From: Nitrospinae bacterium RIFCSPHIGHO2_02_FULL_39_82
GTDB lineage: Bacteria; Nitrospinota; Nitrospinia; UBA9942
NCBI GenBank assembly: GCA_001804915.1
Contig: MHDI01000085.1
Location: 1 to 44,959 of the forward strand
Length of the DNA stretch: 44,959 nt
Reading direction: 5' to 3'
Shown: positions 39,861 through 44,959 of the stretch, one piece after another
Layout: every line of letters begins with the position of its first letter
Numbering within the stretch: the first letter of the stretch is position 1
Program-made: the position numbers and the translations under genes
The notes under the pieces: generated by a model
Told to the model about the DNA's origin: nothing
Database searches by the model: none
Seen by the model: the letters and a program-made list of their open reading frames with translations, nothing else

Positions 39861-42005
39861 TTGAATTTACAACAGGTTGAACTTGGTATAAATGGTAATA
39901 AACTTTCCATTGAAACGGGAGTGATAGCAAAACAGGCAAATGGTTCTGCCTTAGTTAGATATGGTGATACAGTTATAATTGCCACAGCTGTAGCATCAAA
40001 GGAGCCAAAGGAAGGAATAGATTTTTTACCTCTGACTGTAGATTACAGGGAAAAATTTTACTCTGCAGGAAAAATACCGGGTGGCTTTTTTAAAAGGGAA
40101 GGGAAACCATCTGAAAGAGAGGTGCTGATTTCAAGGCTTATAGATAGACCCTTGCGTCCCCTTTTCCCCGAAGGTTTTACCAATGAAATACAAATAATAT
40201 GTTTCGTCCTCTCAGCCGACCAGAAATATGACCCCGATATCTTATCTATAATAGGTGCATCGGCGGCATTAACTGTTTCAGACATACCACTAACCAATCC
40301 CGTTGGTGCGGTAAGGGTTGGAAGGGTTGACGGCAAGTTGATGATAAATCCTTCCTATGAGGAAATAGAGAAAAGCGATGTCAATATAGTCATTGCAGGG
40401 ACAAGAGAATCTATAGTAATGGTGGAAGGTGGTGCAAAGGAAATTCCAGAGTCTATAATTATAGATGCCCTTGTTTATGGTCACGAGGAAATAAAAAAGA
40501 TTGTTGATATTCAGCTGGAGCTGCAAAAGAAAGTAAACGAGGAAAAATTTAAAGTGGTTGATATTGTCAGCGGGAAGAGTGACATCATAAAAACAGTAAG
40601 GGAATTCGCTGGCAGAAGACTTGAAGAGGCAGTGGTAATAAAGGGCAAAAAAGAGAGGCAATCAAGAATAGATGAAATACTGAAAGACACCTTAGACCAT
40701 CTAAAGGGCAATGAAGAAAACAAAGACCTTGGGGCTGATATAAAGAATGCCTTTGAGCATCTTGAAAGTGACACAGTCAGAAGGCTGATAACAGAAAAAG
40801 GTATCAGGATAGATGGCAGAAGGCTGAAAGATATAAGACCAATTGATATAAAGATTGGTATATTGCCGAGGACACACGGTTCAGCTATTTTTACACGAGG
40901 AGAAACTCAGGCGCTTGTTGTTGCAACACTTGGGACATCAGTTGATAAACAGCGACTTGACAATCTGCAGGGCAAGACATCAAAGGGTTTTATGCTTCAT
41001 TACAACTTCCCCCCATTTTCTGTAGGAGAGGTAAAATTCACAGGCTCTCCGGGAAGAAGAGAGATAGGTCACGGTGCACTGGCTGAAAGGGCAGTCCTTC
41101 CAATCCTTCCGGATGACGAGGTATTTCCATATACAATAAGGATAGTTTCAGATATTTTGGAATCTAATGGTTCATCATCAATGGCTACAGTATGTGGTGC
41201 TTCCCTGTCATTGATGGATGCCGGAGTTCCGATTAAATCACCTGTTGCAGGTATAGCTATGGGTCTTATAAAAGAGGGAGATAATATATGCATACTCTCC
41301 GACATACTTGGAACGGAAGACCATCTCGGCGATATGGATTTTAAAGTAGCAGGAACATCAAATGGGATTACTGCTATACAGATGGATATCAAGATGACAG
41401 GTGTTACGAAGGAGATTATGGAGATGGCTTTGGAACAAGCAAGGGAGGGAAGGCTTCATGTTCTAAAGGAAATGGAAAAGGTAATAGCCCAGCCAAAGTC
41501 AAATCTCTCAATTTATGCACCGAGAATTGTAACCATGCAGATAAAGAGTGAGAAGGTAAAGGATGTCATTGGCCCCGGCGGAAAGGTTATAAGGGGTATT
41601 ATTAAGGAGACAGGTGTAAATATTGATATTGAAGATGATGGAACCATATCTATAGCCTCACCTGATGAAAATGCTGTTAATAAGGCAGTGGATATAATAA
41701 AAGAGATTACACAGGAGGTTGAGGTTGGCAGGATATATATGGGTAAGGTAAGGAAGATTATGGACTTTGGTGCCTTTGTTGAGATATTTCCAGGAACAGA
41801 TGGACTTGTTCATATCTCTCAACTTACAGACAGACGGGTAACCAATGTATATGATGAAGTAAAAGAGGGAGAGGAGATGCTCGTCAAGGTGTTGGAAGTA
41901 GATAGACAGGGAAAGATAAGACTGAGCCGTAAAGATGCACTTCGTGAAGGAGATGACAAAGAAAAGGACAGCAGAGGGGATATATCAAAAGGCAGTTTTA
42001 GATAA
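39861..42005 (+). CDS. pnp: Polyribonucleotide nucleotidyltransferase (PNPase)
   Basis: Two RNase PH domains (…ETGVIAKQANGSALV…, RPIDIKIGILPRTHGSAIFTRGETQ) followed by KH and S1 (GRIYMGKVRKIMDFGAFVEI). TTG start after an AGGAGG RBS. Confidence 0.95.
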   Translation: MNLQQVELGINGNKLSIETGVIAKQANGSALVRYGDTVIIATAVASKEPKEGIDFLPLTVDYREKFYSAGKIPGGFFKREGKPSEREVLISRLIDRPLRPLFPEGFTNEIQIICFVLSADQKYDPDILSIIGASAALTVSDIPLTNPVGAVRVGRVDGKLMINPSYEEIEKSDVNIVIAGTRESIVMVEGGAKEIPESIIIDALVYGHEEIKKIVDIQLELQKKVNEEKFKVVDIVSGKSDIIKTVREFAGRRLEEAVVIKGKKERQSRIDEILKDTLDHLKGNEENKDLGADIKNAFEHLESDTVRRLITEKGIRIDGRRLKDIRPIDIKIGILPRTHGSAIFTRGETQALVVATLGTSVDKQRLDNLQGKTSKGFMLHYNFPPFSVGEVKFTGSPGRREIGHGALAERAVLPILPDDEVFPYTIRIVSDILESNGSSSMATVCGASLSLMDAGVPIKSPVAGIAMGLIKEGDNICILSDILGTEDHLGDMDFKVAGTSNGITAIQMDIKMTGVTKEIMEMALEQAREGRLHVLKEMEKVIAQPKSNLSIYAPRIVTMQIKSEKVKDVIGPGGKVIRGIIKETGVNIDIEDDGTISIASPDENAVNKAVDIIKEITQEVEVGRIYMGKVRKIMDFGAFVEIFPGTDGLVHISQLTDRRVTNVYDEVKEGEEMLVKVLEVDRQGKIRLSRKDALREGDDKEKDSRGDISKGSFR

Positions 42006-43233
42006 TGGTATAAGAATTGTCACGGAAAAAATCCCCTATCTAAGGTCGGTTTCAATAGGCATCTGGATAAATAGTGGTTCAAGGGATGAGGATGATATTA
42101 ACAGCGGAATATCCCATTTTCTTGAACACCTCGCATTTAAAGGCACTGTAAAGAGGAGTGCAAAACAGATTGCTTTTGAAGTAGACTCTATTGGCGGGCA
42201 GATAGATGCCTTTACAAGCAGGGAATATACCTGCTATTCAGCAAAAGTTCTTGATGAACACCTCCCGATTGCGATTGACCTGCTTTCAGATATACTTTTA
42301 AATTCTACCTATAAACCATCCGATATAGAAAAGGAAAGACAGGTAATACTGGAAGAAATTAAGTTTGTTGAGGATAACCCCACAGACTATATATATGACC
42401 TTCTCTATCAGTGTATCTGGTCAGAACACCCTCTCGGCCGCTCTATTCTTGGAAATGTTGAATCAATTAAAAAGATTGGAAGGGATGAAGTAATTGCCCA
42501 TCTTGATAAACACTATCTCCCAAGAAACATGATAATAGCAGCGGCGGGAAATATTGACGAGGATAAACTGAGGAAAATACTGGAAAGGTCCTTCGGTAAT
42601 TTAAAAAGAAATGGACCAAACCAGAGACAGCCCCCCCCTGAAATCAAGAAAAATCTCATTATTAAAGAAAGGGAGTTGGAGCAGATTCATTTTTGTCTGG
42701 GAACAAAAGGACTCAAAAGTACCGATGATAACAGATACAACGGATACATATTGAATACAATACTCGGTGGCAGTATGAGTTCAAGACTTTTCCAAAAGAT
42801 AAGGGAGGACTGCGGATTGGCTTATTCAATACATTCTTTTATATCTCCCTATGCCGATACAGGTCTCCTCGGAATATATGCTGGAACCAGTCCAGCCTTT
42901 TTTAACAAGGTTCTCAAAATGTCTCTTGAGGAATTAAAAATCCTGAGAAATGTAAAGGTTTCCGATAATGAAATAAAGAGGGCAAAAGACCAATTAAAGG
43001 GAAACCTCATACTTTCTCTGGAGAGCTCAACCAGCAGGATGAATCAGTTGGCAAAGCAGGAAATATATTTTGGCAGATATTTTTCCATGGATGAGATAAT
43101 TGCTGAAATAGAAAAGGTTAGAGGGGATAATATTCAATCTCTGGCAGAGAAACTACTTGAAGACTCATTCTTTAATCTTGCCATTCTCGGACCTGTTAAA
43201 AAGGGAGAAATCTCGGTGGATTTACTCCAATGA
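41953..43233 (+). CDS. M16-family (pitrilysin/insulinase-like) zinc peptidase
   Basis: HFLEHLAFKG (HxxEH) with a downstream E in EEIKF, and two M16 domains. The start is ambiguous: in-frame ATG at 41935 and 41953 and GTG at 41944 all overlap the pnp 3' end. Confidence 0.85.
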   Translation: MTKKRTAEGIYQKAVLDNGIRIVTEKIPYLRSVSIGIWINSGSRDEDDINSGISHFLEHLAFKGTVKRSAKQIAFEVDSIGGQIDAFTSREYTCYSAKVLDEHLPIAIDLLSDILLNSTYKPSDIEKERQVILEEIKFVEDNPTDYIYDLLYQCIWSEHPLGRSILGNVESIKKIGRDEVIAHLDKHYLPRNMIIAAAGNIDEDKLRKILERSFGNLKRNGPNQRQPPPEIKKNLIIKERELEQIHFCLGTKGLKSTDDNRYNGYILNTILGGSMSSRLFQKIREDCGLAYSIHSFISPYADTGLLGIYAGTSPAFFNKVLKMSLEELKILRNVKVSDNEIKRAKDQLKGNLILSLESSTSRMNQLAKQEIYFGRYFSMDEIIAEIEKVRGDNIQSLAEKLLEDSFFNLAILGPVKKGEISVDLLQ

Positions 43234-43254
43234 ATTGACTACTATTTGATTTAG

Positions 43255-43331
43255 TGGTCGGGGCGAGTGGATTTGAACCACCGACCTTCTGGTCCCGAAC
43301 CAGACGCTCTGCCAGGCTGAGCCACGCCCCG
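43255..43331 (-). tRNA. tRNA-Pro (anticodon CGG), CCA encoded
   Basis: Reverse complement folds as CGGGGCG/TG/GCTC-AGCCTGGCA-GAGC/G/TCTGG-TTCGGGA-CCAGA/AGGTC/GGTGG-TTCAAAT-CCACT/CGCCCCG/ACCA. Confidence 0.93.
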
Positions 43332-43372
43332 GATTAAAATTCATTTTTCACTTTTTAAATGCATTTTTTGGG

Positions 43373-44431
43373 TTAAAGCCTTGCACGGAACAGATGGTCA
43401 ACCATAACGATTGACATCATTGCCTCTGCTACAGGGACAATGCGGGGACAGATGCATGGGTCATGACGGCCTCCCACCTTTATCTCTATTTCTTTACCAT
43501 AGTTATCAATTGTTTTCTGTGTCCTGAATATGGATGCAGTGGGTTTTACAGCGATTCTTACAACAATATCATCACCATTGGAAATACCCCCCAATATTCC
43601 ACCAGCGTTATTAGTTCTGAATGCAACCCTTTTATCTTTAATATACATCTCATCGTTGTTTTGAGAACCGAATAAAAGGGCTGATTTAAATCCTGACCCG
43701 ATTTCCACTCCTTTTACTGCACCTATACTCATCAACGCCTTTGCGATATCAGCATTGAGTTTATCAAAGACAGGTTCACCAAGACCGGGTGGGACACCTA
43801 TGGTTATGATTTCTACTATACCACCAATTGAATCGCCTCTTTTCTTAACCTCTCTTATTTTTTTAATCATCTTTTGAGCGGTATTTTTATCAGGACACCT
43901 GACATCATTTTTCTCTATCTCATTAAAGTCAATAGCAGAGGCTGTAATATTACCAATCTGTTTTGTATAGCCTATGACCTTTATATCTTTTGCCTGCAGG
44001 ACTTTTTTTGCTATTGCACCGGCTGCAACCCTTCCAACAGTTTCCCTGCCGCTTGCCCTTCCTCCCCCGAGATAATCCCTGATACCATATTTTGCAAAGT
44101 ATGTATAATCTGCATGACCGGGTCTGAAGACATTCTTGATATTTTCATATTTGGTTGAGTCTGCATCTACATTTCTTATTAACAATGAAATTGGAGTACC
44201 GGTCGTTTTTCCATTAAAGACACCTGACAGAATATTTACCCTATCAGGTTCCTTTCGGGGAGAGGTAACCTCGCTATTTCCGGGCATCCTTCTGTCCAAC
44301 TCAATTTGGATATCTTCTTCTTTTAAATTAAGCATGGCAGGACAGCCATCTATTATAACGCCAAGGGCAGGGCCATGGGATTCCCCCCATGTTGTAATTT
44401 TGAACAATTTCCCAAAACTATTACCGGACAT
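43373..44431 (-). CDS. aroC: Chorismate synthase
   Basis: [42 protein letters not shown] and GGRHDPC motifs. Confidence 0.95.
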   Translation of the reverse strand: MSGNSFGKLFKITTWGESHGPALGVIIDGCPAMLNLKEEDIQIELDRRMPGNSEVTSPRKEPDRVNILSGVFNGKTTGTPISLLIRNVDADSTKYENIKNVFRPGHADYTYFAKYGIRDYLGGGRASGRETVGRVAAGAIAKKVLQAKDIKVIGYTKQIGNITASAIDFNEIEKNDVRCPDKNTAQKMIKKIREVKKRGDSIGGIVEIITIGVPPGLGEPVFDKLNADIAKALMSIGAVKGVEIGSGFKSALLFGSQNNDEMYIKDKRVAFRTNNAGGILGGISNGDDIVVRIAVKPTASIFRTQKTIDNYGKEIEIKVGGRHDPCICPRIVPVAEAMMSIVMVDHLFRARL

Positions 44432-44951
44432 TTCTTTTATCCAACTCCTTCATTATGTTGCCAAGCGTATCTTCTGCACTCTTTGAATTATTTACTATAA
44501 TATCTGCAAGTTTTCTATAACCTGGTATCCTTTCACCATACAGTCCATCAAAATATACTCGGGGATTTGAACTATCAAAGAATGCAGGAACCCCATTTTT
44601 TAATATCCTTTCATATAGCATATCAGATTCAACATGAAGATATATTGTTATATCGTCCACCAATTTTTTGTAAATATTTTCATCTGTAAAGATAGTCCCG
44701 CCACCCAGAGATATAACACAATTCTTAAGATTTTGCATCTTTTCCAACGCCTTCTTCTCTAAATTCCTGAAGTATTCATTACCATGTTTCTCATAAATTT
44801 CTCTAAAGCGGAGATTTTCTCCTGTCTCCTGCAAATAGATTGATTCTATTATTAAATCAATATCATGGAATTTCATTTTAAGTCTTTTTGCAAGTATCTT
44901 CCCGATGAGTGTCTTCCCACATCCCTTAAAACCTATAATAATAATATTCAT
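44421..44951 (-). CDS. aroK: Shikimate kinase
   Basis: [16 protein letters not shown] (P-loop), DIDLIIE and ISLGGG motifs. It overlaps the aroC start by 11 nt. Confidence 0.9.
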   Translation of the reverse strand: MNIIIIGFKGCGKTLIGKILAKRLKMKFHDIDLIIESIYLQETGENLRFREIYEKHGNEYFRNLEKKALEKMQNLKNCVISLGGGTIFTDENIYKKLVDDITIYLHVESDMLYERILKNGVPAFFDSSNPRVYFDGLYGERIPGYRKLADIIVNNSKSAEDTLGNIMKELDKRNVR

Positions 44952-44959
44952 AATAAAAC

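Noticed and set aside
41935-42005. 71-nt overlap between pnp and the M16 peptidase ORF as a programmed overlap or frameshift
   Set aside because: It is more simply a start-codon ambiguity. Several in-frame ATG/GTG candidates exist, and the conserved M16 N-terminus (…AVLDNGIRIV) begins right at the pnp stop. No slippery sequence was seen.

Overview
AT-rich bacterial chromosomal window (G+C roughly one third by eye, not computed). It looks like a diderm, probably anaerobic, uncultivated-type lineage, but taxonomy cannot be fixed from this window. No similarity search was run; all family calls rest on motifs read from the translations.

About 75% of the window is ordinary housekeeping:
- mgtE and pycB/oadA-like genes
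- ADP-forming acetyl-CoA synthetase
- exbBD-like pair, crp-family regulator, hda-like gene, typA
- a glycan-priming pair (GT4 phosphotransferase plus DegT aminotransferase)
- tsaD and a yibQ-ctp-envC-ftsX block
- the conserved rimP-nusA-infB-rbfA-truB-rpsO-pnp-M16 peptidase block
- aroC-aroK
- four tRNAs: Ala-CGC, Val-CAC, Pro-GGG, Pro-CGG

The accessory part is 1..11454, all on the minus strand.
- A tightly packed run of about 12 genes joins a CusC/CusB/CusA-type Cu(I)/Ag(I) efflux pump to several non-canonical partners. These are a Rieske-less cytochrome b6/subunit-IV fusion, a TlpA-type thioredoxin, a Met/His/Gly-rich periplasmic protein, a UbiE-like methyltransferase, two extra beta-barrel proteins, and an orphan zf-HC2 membrane anti-sigma-like sensor.
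- Upstream lies a DUF3343, lipoprotein and FlhG/MinD-like ATPase trio. The ATPase has a long coiled-coil tail.

Two repeat phenomena stand out.
- Short-period (7-9 nt) tandem repeats are arranged as inverted arrays (hairpins) in many intercistronic gaps. In three places they are translated in frame: the CusB His-rich tail, the TolC-like signal peptide and the PycB linker.
- Two GC-rich nested palindromes (C7..C7..G7..G7) are inserted in frame in the DegT aminotransferase gene.

The PycB biotin-carrier domain has Arg at the canonical biotinyl-lysine position.

No CRISPR array, transposase, integrase, rRNA or prophage signature was seen.
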